This document shows positions 1 through 8,594 of a stretch of 38,440 nucleotides of DNA, one piece after another. Each line of letters opens with the position of its first letter. Positions within the stretch are counted from its first letter, which is position 1. The DNA lies in the IMG/VR virus record IMGVR_UViG_2663762939_000006; one strand, 5' to 3'. The stretch is from a virus. Its lineage: Duplodnaviria > Heunggongvirae > Uroviricota > Caudoviricetes. The translations under genes were made by a program, and so were the position numbers. Below the pieces are notes generated by a model, which made no database searches, was not told the DNA's origin, and saw only the letters and a list, made by a program, of their open reading frames with translations.

Positions 1-1149
1 TTAGATGCTTTTTAACGACGCGAACAGTGCCGCCCATTCGCTATCGGCGCGATAAAAGACCGGCGGCTTGCCGATGGGCGCATTAACGGTCACTTCCCCG
101 CCCCGGAATGCTTCACCCGTCCAGGCATGGACCCAGTTATCCTCCGGCAGATAGAGCGTCCAGTCGCTACGGCCTTCTTCATGCACCGGAGCGACCAGAA
201 TGTCGCGGCCTAACAGGTACTGATATTTCAGGGTGTAGGTCTGCGCGTCGTCTTCGTAATGCAGGAACAGCGGGCGCATGACCGGCAGACCGGACTTCGC
301 ATTCAGCGCGACGGCCTCTTTCAGATAAGGTTTCAGGGTGGTGAAGACGGTGGTCATACGGGCGAAATGGGCGATGGTTTCCGCGTCGCCGTCAAACTGC
401 CAGTTGTCGCCAGGACGGTTACCTTCGTGGGTGCGCATCATCGGCGTGAAGGCGCTGAAATCGCACCAGCGCAGCAGCAGCTCTTTGCTGCGCTTCATCT
501 CAAACAGGGTGGTGTAACCGCCAATGTCGCTGTGATGCAGGCCATGTCCGGTCATTGCCAGCGACAGCGCCGCCGGGACAACCGACGCCAGGCCATCGTC
601 GAGACTCCAGTCGACGTTCTGGTCGCCCGCCCACATCATGGTGGAGTATTTCTGGCTACCGGTAGAACCGGCGCGCATAAAGAAGAGGATCTCGCCGAGC
701 TTGCCCGTTTCTTCAAGGGCTTCGTAGTTACATTTCGCCCACAGCGCAGGCCAGGCGTTATGCATAATTTCCGCGCTGACGCCGTTATGCAGGTACGTGT
801 CGGTGGGCAGATACTCGCCGAAGTCAGCCATCCAGCCGCCGCAGCCAAGTTCAATCATGTTCTTTTTGATCACTTCCTTGAACCAGGCGTAGGCTTCTGG
901 ATTGGTGAGGTCGACAACGCCGCCATAGAACTCGCCAAACTCCACCAGATAGTCGCCGCCAGAGGCATCTTTTGCCAGATAACCGCGCTTTGCCGCCTCT
1001 TCGCAGAGATCTTTATCGCTGGCTACATACGGGTTGATATAGGCCAGGAACTGCACGCCCTCTTTGTTCCACTGCTTAATACGTGAGTCCAGTTGCGGAT
1101 AGTTTTCGCTGTTCCACTTCCAGTTGATGCGCCGCGCGATAAATGCACT
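1..1149 (-). pseudogene. yihQ: 3' portion of a GH31 glycoside hydrolase gene (YihQ/sulfoquinovosidase-like); upstream half missing, in-frame stop at 1150-1152
   Basis: ORF 1..1056 translation carries GH31-like motifs (GGWMADFGEYLP); frame stays open upstream to 1149 (..NWKWNSENYPQLD..) then stops; only ~380 codons present where ~680 are expected from memory. Confidence 0.55.
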
Positions 1150-1202
1150 CTATCTTGTGCGATAAATGGCATCCACGCGGCGTTTCATTATTTGAAAAAG
1201 AA

Positions 1203-1775
1203 TTACATTTCAGGTTGCGTTATGACAGTCCCAACAGGGTGGTAGCGGTAGATCGTTGACAGTCCAATATCATAGATAATTGCCAGCCGCTTTCTGTCAT
1301 ACCCTTTCTGGAGCAATCTTGCGATCTGCTCATGCTGCTCCTTCGTCAGTTTCGGGCGACGTCCTCCAACTCTCCCTTGTGCTCGCGCAGCAGCCAGTCC
1401 TGCCAGCGTGCGCTCAACTATCAGTTCACGCTCCATTTCTGCCAGTGCACCCATCATATGAAAAAAGAACCTTCCCATCGGAGTGCTGGTATCGATTGAA
1501 TCCGTCAGACTGCGAAAATTGACACCTTTTGCGCGTAGCTCTTCTGTGAGAGCAATGAGGTGTTTCATTCTTCTACCCAACCGATCCAGCTTCCAGACCA
1601 CCAATGTATCCCCTCTTTTAAGGCACTTTAAAGCGCGTTTCAGGCCTGGTCGTTCCGACTTGGTTCCGCTCATTTTGTCCTCAAAAATCTGTTCACATCC
1701 TGCGCACATTAATGCATTGCGTTGCAAATCTGTGTTTTGGTCATTTGTTGACACACGTATGTAGCCAATCAGCAT
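1203..1775 (-). CDS. gin: serine recombinase, DNA invertase of the Gin/Pin/Cin/Hin family
   Basis: Translation from ATG at 1773-1775 begins MLIGYIRVSTNDQNTDLQRNAL.. (catalytic Ser motif), closely matching Gin/Pin as recalled; SD AAGGGAG upstream; stop TAA at 1203-1205. Confidence 0.9.
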   Translation of the reverse strand: MLIGYIRVSTNDQNTDLQRNALMCAGCEQIFEDKMSGTKSERPGLKRALKCLKRGDTLVVWKLDRLGRRMKHLIALTEELRAKGVNFRSLTDSIDTSTPMGRFFFHMMGALAEMERELIVERTLAGLAAARAQGRVGGRRPKLTKEQHEQIARLLQKGYDRKRLAIIYDIGLSTIYRYHPVGTVITQPEM

Positions 1776-1829
1776 TAAAAATACTCCCTTTTGAGTGGTT
1801 AAAGTACTGAGATAATGTGGGGAGGATTT

Positions 1830-1855
1830 GAGAGATAAACGTTGGTTTGGGGGAA
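1830..1855 (+). other. candidate 26-bp invertase crossover site R3 (gix/hix-like), inverted relative to R1 and R2
   Basis: GAGAGATAAACG TT GGTTTGGGGGAA; shares half-site GGTTTGGGGGAA and TT core with the other two copies; lies ~55 bp upstream of gin as gixR does in Mu. Confidence 0.6.
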
Positions 1856-2308
1856 GGCTCTGCATTGCCTGTTGGTGTACCGGTTCCATGGCCCACCGCC
1901 ACACCGCCAGCAGGCTGGTTACAGTGCAACGGAGCTACGTTCACCAAAGAACAATATCCTGTTCTGGCCAGAGTCTACCCGACCCTCCGTCTTCCCGATT
2001 TGCGCGGTGAGTTTATCCGTGGATGGGACGGTGGTCGCAAGGTTGATACCGGGCGTACGGTACTTTCATTTCAGGAAGGGACTATCGTATCCGGTTTTGA
2101 TGATAATAATACCGGAGATATCAGTTCGCTCGGCTCTACACAATACGGATTTGGTGACGCTTTAACCTCTAATCAACTGGGGGTCATAAATGGCAAAAAG
2201 TGGATATTTGATGCATCCTCTAAAGGTGCACAAAGATATGACTGGTGGGCTTATGTATCAGCTCGCCCCCGCAATATCGCATTTAACTATATCGTGAGGG
2301 CGGCGTGA
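1847..2308 (+). CDS. alternative tail-fibre C-terminal cassette Sv3 (no ATG of its own; opens with the shared GEGSALPVGVPVPWPTATPP repeat)
   Basis: ORF starts at TTG inside the repeat; N-terminal ~65 aa identical or near-identical to an internal segment of the tail-fibre gene; ends ..RPRNIAFNYIVRAA like the other cassettes. Confidence 0.7.
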   Translation: MGEGSALPVGVPVPWPTATPPAGWLQCNGATFTKEQYPVLARVYPTLRLPDLRGEFIRGWDGGRKVDTGRTVLSFQEGTIVSGFDDNNTGDISSLGSTQYGFGDALTSNQLGVINGKKWIFDASSKGAQRYDWWAYVSARPRNIAFNYIVRAA

Positions 2309-2314
2309 TACCGT

Positions 2315-2929
2315 TCAACTGGCAAGTGCCAGTGGTGCTTCCGGCCAGCTGATTTCAGGTGCCGTGCTGATATCCAGTGCGTTCAGCTCGTCGATATAAT
2401 CCAGCACGGCGTTCAGTTTTGCCGTTTCTTCTGGTGTCAGACTGCGACCAGCACGCAGTTTGAGGTTGATAAGATCGACGGACGCCATCGCCTGTTTCAC
2501 CCGTTGCTGGCGTTGCTGTCTGGCAACCTCCAGTTCTGCGGTTCGCTGCCGTTCAGTATCGGTTACCCACGCCTCACCGTTCCAGGTATCCCATGGCGTG
2601 GCTGGCTGTTTTGTGGTGGTGTCCGCCGGGTAATCACCCGGTTGGGTAATCAGAACGGGGTTACCGTTCTCCGTGCTGTATACCGTCTCGCCGCGGTGAT
2701 CAGGCACATGCTCCCACCCGTTCAGCGTGGCAGTCCGGCAAACCACGTAACCCGAAATTGCCTCCGGCGGTGCATCGGCGCACGAATGTGCCGGAGTACC
2801 CACCCCAAGGGCGAGATACTCCACAGAGGATGAGGTGTATTCCCGGGTTTCCTCGTCATAGTGATATACAGTGATATCGCCCGCTACAGTGGCGATACCG
2901 TTTTCATCCAGAACTGCAGTGTTACTCAT
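2315..2929 (-). CDS. tail fibre assembly chaperone (Tfa / Mu U-like)
   Basis: ATG at 2927-2929 overlaps the Sv2 stop (TAATG); C-terminal region ..LTPEETAKLNAVLDYIDELNALDISTAPEISWPEAP is typical of the conserved Tfa chaperone domain. Confidence 0.75.
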   Translation of the reverse strand: MSNTAVLDENGIATVAGDITVYHYDEETREYTSSSVEYLALGVGTPAHSCADAPPEAISGYVVCRTATLNGWEHVPDHRGETVYSTENGNPVLITQPGDYPADTTTKQPATPWDTWNGEAWVTDTERQRTAELEVARQQRQQRVKQAMASVDLINLKLRAGRSLTPEETAKLNAVLDYIDELNALDISTAPEISWPEAPLALAS

Positions 2930-3441
2930 TAAACTGCCCTCACAATGTAATTAAGTGCAATGCTACGGGGTCTGACAGTGATACCCTTCGCATACCCGCT
3001 TCTGATAGAGGTCAGAATAGTAGCCTGCATACCATTGTCTGACATTGCTATGACAGGATCGCTGAATGTTGTCCCGTCCGGCATTTTAAAGCTGCCCTCA
3101 CGAAGGTCTGTAATGGAATCTTCATTGTTGAATCCCATGCCGACTATCCCCGAGGTTCCCGTAGTGTCCTGGTTATAATAATCCAGCATTGCTGTTCTTA
3201 ACAGCGTTGCCCCTTGTGCGGACAGCAACTTACGTCCTGTATCAACTTTGCGCCCGTCGTCCCATCCACGGATAAACTCACCGCGTAAATCGGGAAGACG
3301 GAGGGTCGGGTAGGCTCTGGCCAGAACAGGATATTGTTCTTTTGTAAAGGCGCGCCCGTCGCACTTTAACCAGCCTTCTGGCGGTGTGGCGGTGGGCCAT
3401 GGAACCGGTACACCAACAGGCAATGCAGAGCCTTCCCCCAA
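2929..3441 (-). CDS. alternative tail-fibre C-terminal cassette Sv2 (promoterless, same orientation as the expressed fibre)
   Basis: Begins at TTG within the shared repeat 9 bp after the tail-fibre stop; ends ..NYIVRAV; followed by tfa. Confidence 0.7.
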   Translation of the reverse strand: MGEGSALPVGVPVPWPTATPPEGWLKCDGRAFTKEQYPVLARAYPTLRLPDLRGEFIRGWDDGRKVDTGRKLLSAQGATLLRTAMLDYYNQDTTGTSGIVGMGFNNEDSITDLREGSFKMPDGTTFSDPVIAMSDNGMQATILTSIRSGYAKGITVRPRSIALNYIVRAV

Positions 3442-3458
3442 ACCAACGTTTAGGCCGC
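3433..3458 (-). other. candidate 26-bp invertase crossover site R2 (direct orientation relative to R1)
   Basis: On the minus strand GCGGCCTAAACG TT GGTTTGGGGGAA; ~75 bp around it is identical to R3 in inverted orientation. Confidence 0.55.
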
Positions 3459-4577
3459 CCTGACAATGTAGTTAAAGGCAATATTTCGTGGACGGGTTTC
3501 CCTCCCGCCAGTATTACCGATACTCCCTCGCGAATGAAGTGTTGGTGATGGGGTCAGACTCCCTCCTGTATTTGTGGCATCAAGTCCTCGTCCTTGTGTG
3601 TATGTTTTTTTGAAAATCGCAGCCAGTTCCCATTCATCTTTTGTGTCGTAACCATCATTGGCAACAACAATATGACGGTGTTTCTCAATCATTCCGCTCT
3701 GGCTGCTTAGCAGGGCACGCCCGGTGTCAATCTTTCGTCCGTCATCCCATCCACGGATAAACTCACCGCGCAAATCGGGAAGACGGAGGGTCGGGTAGAC
3801 TCTGGCCAGAACAGGATATTGTTCTTTGGTGAACGTAGCTCCGTTGCACTGTAACCAGCCTGCTGGCGGTGTGGCAGTGGGCCACGGAACAGGTACACCA
3901 ACGGGCAGCGCCGAGCCTTCCCCCAAACCAAGGTAATTGAGGACATCTTTTATACTGCCCTTAGCGATAATAGCGCGACCAATAGCTGTAAGGGTTGCCA
4001 GCGCTGCGCGGTCTGCTCCGGTAAAATAAGGCAACCGATCTGCTGCAGTGGCAAGTCCTGCCAGAGCAGTGAGCGTGGCATCTGCCGGTTGTTTTCCGTT
4101 TGCCAGATCGTATGCAGCCTTGACCGCTTTCGGTGTGGCGGCCAGTATTTCAGACGTGCTGTTGATGGCACTGCTCAGTTGTACGGTGCCTTTTGCCGTC
4201 AGCGAGGCAGCAGGCACTCCCGTTATCTGACTCCACGGGTGAGTGTGGCTGACGGGCGCCTTGCCGGCTGCAAGGTCGTATGCAGCCTTGACGGCTTTTG
4301 GTGTGGCGGCCAGCGTTTCAGAGGTGCTGTTGGTGGCACTGCTCAGTTGGGTGAACCCCTTAGCTGTCAGTGTCGCGTCCGGGTGGTTACGGGAACGTAC
4401 GTGTTCAGCCAGTGACTGTGCGGCTTCCTCCGTTTTTTTCTTCAGCCATTTCGTCCTGTTTGCCAGTTGCCGGGGGGCTCGATTTGATATCCCGTCTGCA
4501 CCACCCAGAACCGGATCTGATGTCTCCAGTTGATAGATATTTTCTTCCCACTTTTCTGTTTCATTCAGGTTTCCCAT
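3450..4577 (-). CDS. tail fibre protein (Mu S / P2 H-like) currently fused to cassette Sv1
   Basis: N-terminus ..NETEKWEENIYQLETSDPVLGG..RQLANRTKWL typical of Mu/P2/lambda side-fibre N-termini; ATG at 4575-4577 with SD GGGAG; stop TAA 3450-3452. Confidence 0.85.
   Translation of the reverse strand: MGNLNETEKWEENIYQLETSDPVLGGADGISNRAPRQLANRTKWLKKKTEEAAQSLAEHVRSRNHPDATLTAKGFTQLSSATNSTSETLAATPKAVKAAYDLAAGKAPVSHTHPWSQITGVPAASLTAKGTVQLSSAINSTSEILAATPKAVKAAYDLANGKQPADATLTALAGLATAADRLPYFTGADRAALATLTAIGRAIIAKGSIKDVLNYLGLGEGSALPVGVPVPWPTATPPAGWLQCNGATFTKEQYPVLARVYPTLRLPDLRGEFIRGWDDGRKIDTGRALLSSQSGMIEKHRHIVVANDGYDTKDEWELAAIFKKTYTQGRGLDATNTGGSLTPSPTLHSRGSIGNTGGRETRPRNIAFNYIVRAA
3918..3943 (-). other. 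candidate 26-bp invertase crossover site R1 inside the tail-fibre gene (constant/variable boundary)
   Basis: On the minus strand TCCTCAATTACC TT GGTTTGGGGGAA; about 17 of 26 positions match the Hin hixL site TTATCAAAAACCTTGGTTTTCAAGAA as recalled. Confidence 0.6.
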
Positions 4578-4579
4578 AA

Positions 4580-5158
4580 TCAACTGCTCCCGTGGTTATA
4601 ACTGCCATCATGGATGGCTGTATTGTTATAGCGAATGGCCACAGACTGATACTCCAGGCTGGCCAGATGGCAGCGGGCCGGTGCAAATGCAGCCAGCGTC
4701 TGACGCAGCATCGCGGCCTGATCGTTAGTAATGGGCTGTTTCAGAATAACGCGATAAACTGCCCAGGCGGCTGCATCTCCATGAACAAACAGTCCGTTAT
4801 AGCTGCGATTGCCGTCGTAACTGAGACGACCTGTGCCTTCAATCAGATCCACTTCACCAAAGCCAAAACGGCGGATAACTTCCCGGATTGACCACGGCGT
4901 CCCTTTATACCGGTGCAGTTCGATGGCTGCTTTTATAAGCATGCGGCGAACATCGTCCGATTCCGCCAGCTCCCAGCCATCGCCAGACAGTGAGAACTGC
5001 TCGCCCAGCCATGGCAGCGCGGAACTGTCGACGATATCGACGAGAAAGACCATCAGTACGCTCAGGTCGATGTTATCCAGCCGTCCTGCCAGTCTTCCCA
5101 GCGTCCTGAGACTGATATCACCCTCAAGCGGTGGCGGGAGTTGTAATGGCTCAGTCAT
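4580..5158 (-). CDS. tail protein (Mu gp48 / P2 gpI-like)
   Basis: Position between baseplate J and tail fibre; start ATG overlaps upstream stop (ATGACTGA); size and composition fit the family. Confidence 0.65.
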   Translation of the reverse strand: MTEPLQLPPPLEGDISLRTLGRLAGRLDNIDLSVLMVFLVDIVDSSALPWLGEQFSLSGDGWELAESDDVRRMLIKAAIELHRYKGTPWSIREVIRRFGFGEVDLIEGTGRLSYDGNRSYNGLFVHGDAAAWAVYRVILKQPITNDQAAMLRQTLAAFAPARCHLASLEYQSVAIRYNNTAIHDGSYNHGSS

Positions 5159-6254
5159 CAGACACTCCAGTCATGTTAAGAGTGATTGCCGTACAGTTTG
5201 CCCATTCGTTTTCTGCCACCACCCGCAGTGCCGGTGTCACCAGTTCAACCTGGTACACCCCGGAAACGGACAATGCACTGATAATCTGGCTGGGGACAAT
5301 ATCGCGCCCCAGCGTGGCGGCACGTGATGCCACCCAGTTCTGTATGGCGCTGTTAGCGGCATCTTTTACAGACCTGGCATCCTGATCACGATAGATCGTA
5401 ATCCTGGCTTCAATGGTGTAATCCACCTTCACTGGTGTTTTAGCCCGCACTGTATCAGTGAGTGGCCTGACTTTCTCATCAGAGCAGAAACTCTCTACCA
5501 GCGTGAGAACACCGCCGTCCGGCAGACCGGTACTGAGCAGCGGATACAGATCTACGGTCCCGGGAACCGGGGAAAGCACAGCAACATCGACAATGTTGGG
5601 ATGGGCCTGCATGGCATGAAAGCGGTATGCGCCACGGCTTCCGGCATTGGTGAATGACTCCGGGGCCAGCCTGATACGCTCCCGGAGCCTGTCATCGTCT
5701 TCCTGTTCTGAACCGCCGGAACTGGCCGTCAGATTGCTCACCAGCAGGTCGACGTTATCAATCTCATCGAGTAACTGACTGACCTGCGCAGGTTGCCAGC
5801 CGTTACCAGCGGTACCGGGTTCGGTACAGGTGGACGTGACATTGACCAGCAGCAATCCGGCCTTCAGTACCACATCTGTATCGGTGGCAAAAATAACGCT
5901 GTCGGAAGCGCTGACGCGGGTGCCTGCCGGGATCAGCACATCAATGGCCAGTGCCTCATCTACGGAGAACTGGAGCGTGGTGGTGGCAGGCTGCGCGGCA
6001 AGACGGTATACACCAACCAGTTCACCGAGGTAATCAATCATCGGCTCACGGGCAAAGGCGACCAGATTCTGCTTTGCTGCCTCCTGTACCGCAACCCTGA
6101 CCAGCATTTCGCGATAGGCCCACAGATCAATCAGCAGACGTTCTGCCTGTGCCGGGTACAGCGTTTTGCCGGTATCCGCTTCATACTTCGCAATCATTTC
6201 TGCCGTGATTTTGTCGGCATCGCGTTCAATAAAATCGGGTTCTGTCAGCGCCAT
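5151..6254 (-). CDS. baseplate J-like protein (Mu gp47)
   Basis: 367 aa, translationally coupled; position and size conserved in Mu/P2 baseplate modules. Confidence 0.7.
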   Translation of the reverse strand: MALTEPDFIERDADKITAEMIAKYEADTGKTLYPAQAERLLIDLWAYREMLVRVAVQEAAKQNLVAFAREPMIDYLGELVGVYRLAAQPATTTLQFSVDEALAIDVLIPAGTRVSASDSVIFATDTDVVLKAGLLLVNVTSTCTEPGTAGNGWQPAQVSQLLDEIDNVDLLVSNLTASSGGSEQEDDDRLRERIRLAPESFTNAGSRGAYRFHAMQAHPNIVDVAVLSPVPGTVDLYPLLSTGLPDGGVLTLVESFCSDEKVRPLTDTVRAKTPVKVDYTIEARITIYRDQDARSVKDAANSAIQNWVASRAATLGRDIVPSQIISALSVSGVYQVELVTPALRVVAENEWANCTAITLNMTGVSDD

Positions 6255-6592
6255 AGCAGCTCCTGAGTCCGGGTCTGTCCGTCTGAGCCTTTCCAGCTCA
6301 CCCGGAGCGTAAGATGTTCGCCGTCGACGGCGGGTTTAACTGACATAAGCTGGCAGCGGGGCTCCCAGCGCCGGATGGCATCGACGGATTCGCGCACCAC
6401 ATGCGGAATGGCCCGGTCTACAGGCCAGTCGATATAAAGATGCAGATTGCTGCCGAACTCCGGGCGATGCGGGTCGCTGCCGCGGGGAGTCCGCAGGATA
6501 ATTTGAATCGCCTGCCGGATATCATCCAGCCCCCGGACAATTTCGCCGGGAGCCTGCAGGGCTGGTTGCCAGAATACTGAGGTTGTTTTCAT
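6245..6592 (-). CDS. baseplate wedge protein, GPW/gp25 family (Mu gp46)
   Basis: 115 aa; ..PRGSDPHRPEFGSNLHLYIDWP.. typical of gp25/GPW fold proteins. Confidence 0.7.
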   Translation of the reverse strand: MKTTSVFWQPALQAPGEIVRGLDDIRQAIQIILRTPRGSDPHRPEFGSNLHLYIDWPVDRAIPHVVRESVDAIRRWEPRCQLMSVKPAVDGEHLTLRVSWKGSDGQTRTQELLWR

Positions 6593-6646
6593 GGGGGCAG
6601 TATTGCCCCCGTGCGGGAACGCTGATATTAAAGGCGTTTAAAAAGC

Positions 6647-7243
6647 TCAGTGGGAGTGGTGGCTGGAGTTTTCGCCATCAGACAACATACTGCCCGTGGC
6701 ATGGGCATTCCCTTTAATCTCGATATTGCCATGGATGGTCGCGGTAACACCTTCACCACCAGAACCCGCCATGCCTCCTTCGTAAATCAGTTTACCCCTG
6801 ACACGCAGATCTCCGGTAAGTTCGGTTTCCGGTGCGTCAATCGTGGCTTTCTGTGTTTTCAATACCACATCAGCACCACACTCAATGACAATATGCTCAA
6901 TGCCGCCCCGGATGATCAGAGTGTGCGTCTTCCGGTTGTAGCTGTACTCTGCACCATCAGCAAACCGGGTTCCCCGGATATTTTTGTCACTGAACGGTGG
7001 TTTATCGACGTCTGAATACACCGCGCCCAGAATAACACCATCCTCGCCGTTGGCATCGAGCAGCACCTCAACCTGCTCCCCCACGTCAGGGAGCCAGTAA
7101 TCTTTGTTATCCTGGGTATTGCGCTGCAGCACGTTAAGCCAGTTTGTGCGCAGGTTATCGCATTCAGGCAGACGAACGCGGGCCTGAACCCTGTCGGCAT
7201 CAACGGCACTGACCGTACCGACCTGACGAGTGACACCAGTCAT
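6647..7243 (-). CDS. baseplate assembly protein V / central spike (Mu gp45)
   Basis: 198 aa; gpV-like N-terminal OB region and Gly-rich C-terminus; position. Confidence 0.7.
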   Translation of the reverse strand: MTGVTRQVGTVSAVDADRVQARVRLPECDNLRTNWLNVLQRNTQDNKDYWLPDVGEQVEVLLDANGEDGVILGAVYSDVDKPPFSDKNIRGTRFADGAEYSYNRKTHTLIIRGGIEHIVIECGADVVLKTQKATIDAPETELTGDLRVRGKLIYEGGMAGSGGEGVTATIHGNIEIKGNAHATGSMLSDGENSSHHSH

Positions 7244-8394
7244 TTTTTCTTCTCCTTAATCACCGTCGATGTACTGCCATCCGGGTGATAAACCGTGAGT
7301 TTCTGAGTTTTTTGTTTTTTCCCTCTTGTGACTGGCCCCCGTGCCACTTCCAGCTCTGTGGTGTAGCCGCTGTTACGGTCAAACGCATGGCGGGCAGTGG
7401 TTATGAGCCATGGCCCGGATAACTGCCCAAAACCCACCAGTTCAATTTTGTTGCCTGCTGTCAGTTGAGGTGTTCCCGTCAGCGTCAGGGAGCCGTTCTG
7501 CTGGTATTCGTTATGTCTGGCCAGTGCTGAATCCGCTTTAATCCGGGCACTGTCCGGGTCGCTGACGCGGCTGTTAACTTTAAGTGAGTCAGCGCTGGTA
7601 ACCTTACCACCTTTGAGCTTTTTGTCGCTTTCACGGGTACCACCATCAGCTTCGTAGACGATCAGTTTTTTACTGCTGCTTTTCTGGTGTTTTACCTTTG
7701 CAGATTTATAGACCCGGTTGATGGTGTCACGCAGGGAAAAGCGGGCCACATCCTGCGGTTTTAACTGCCTGACCGGCTCCTGACTGCGCAGTGTGGCCAG
7801 ATGAGAAAAAATCAGCTGGTCACTGACCACTTTCACTGCATAACCATACTCGCTGGCCAGCCGGCGCAGAAAACCCACGTCGGTTTCAGCATACTGGGTC
7901 ACCCGGTCGATTCTGATGGACTCAATGCTGCCCACCAGTTTCAGCCGGTGCTTTCTGGCAATCCGCCCCGCAACAGCTGCCAGCGTGGTGTTCTCAAAAC
8001 CACGGCTGGATTTAGTCCGCAGAGCACTGTTAACCGAGGTGGCCACCCCACGGATAGCGACAACGGACGCGGGCGAACTCACTTCGATCTCGTCTATTGA
8101 GAATGTACCGCAGGACAGCAGTTTCTCGCCCTGATAACCCATTTTCAGCGTCAGCGTGTCACCCTTGCCCGGATACCACTTATCCAGCCAGCGGCCATCG
8201 GTGTCGTCCAGCTCCACCTCAATGGTATCGGACTCATTTTTGATGTTATCGCTCCAGGTCACACGGGTGACATAAGGCGCGATATCAGAGGTGATGTTTT
8301 TCTGCAGATACCACAGAGTGAATACCGGCGTCAGCACATCGCTGACGCCGGTTAACGCTGATGTGGCTTGCGCAGTACTGTTTATCTCAGCCAT
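7240..8394 (-). CDS. tail/baseplate hub protein (Mu gp44 / P2 gpD-like)
   Basis: 384 aa; position between DNA-circulation protein and spike; lysine-rich C-terminus. Confidence 0.65.
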   Translation of the reverse strand: MAEINSTAQATSALTGVSDVLTPVFTLWYLQKNITSDIAPYVTRVTWSDNIKNESDTIEVELDDTDGRWLDKWYPGKGDTLTLKMGYQGEKLLSCGTFSIDEIEVSSPASVVAIRGVATSVNSALRTKSSRGFENTTLAAVAGRIARKHRLKLVGSIESIRIDRVTQYAETDVGFLRRLASEYGYAVKVVSDQLIFSHLATLRSQEPVRQLKPQDVARFSLRDTINRVYKSAKVKHQKSSSKKLIVYEADGGTRESDKKLKGGKVTSADSLKVNSRVSDPDSARIKADSALARHNEYQQNGSLTLTGTPQLTAGNKIELVGFGQLSGPWLITTARHAFDRNSGYTTELEVARGPVTRGKKQKTQKLTVYHPDGSTSTVIKEKKK

Positions 8395-8594
8395 GGGGCA
8401 ATATCCTCTTCTGTACGGGCATCTTCAGCCTCAATCACCGGGATCAGTAACAACAACCCGGAGGGCAGCACCGGCGTGATGGCCACGTGCGGATTGGCTG
8501 CAATAATCCGGGGATAGCCCAGCGGGTCACCGTAGTACTGCCATGCCAGCGAATCCCAGCGCTCTCCGTCACGGGTAATATGTTCAAGAAACAT
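8382..8594 (-). CDS. tail protein X-like (LysM-like small tail protein)
   Basis: ..WDSLAWQYYGDPLGYPRIIAANPH..LPSGLLLLIP resembles the P2 gpX family; ATG at 8592-8594 overlaps the upstream stop (TGATG). Confidence 0.6.
   Translation of the reverse strand: MFLEHITRDGERWDSLAWQYYGDPLGYPRIIAANPHVAITPVLPSGLLLLIPVIEAEDARTEEDIAPWLR

Noticed and set aside
259-1086. 275-aa plus-strand ORF
   Set aside because: Antisense to the GH31 reading frame, which has clear family motifs; Arg/Gly-rich translation typical of an antisense frame in GC-rich coding DNA.
3707-4171. Small ORFs on both strands within the tail-fibre gene
   Set aside because: Out-of-frame readings of the repeat DNA; they were useful only for revealing that the repeat exists in inverted copies.
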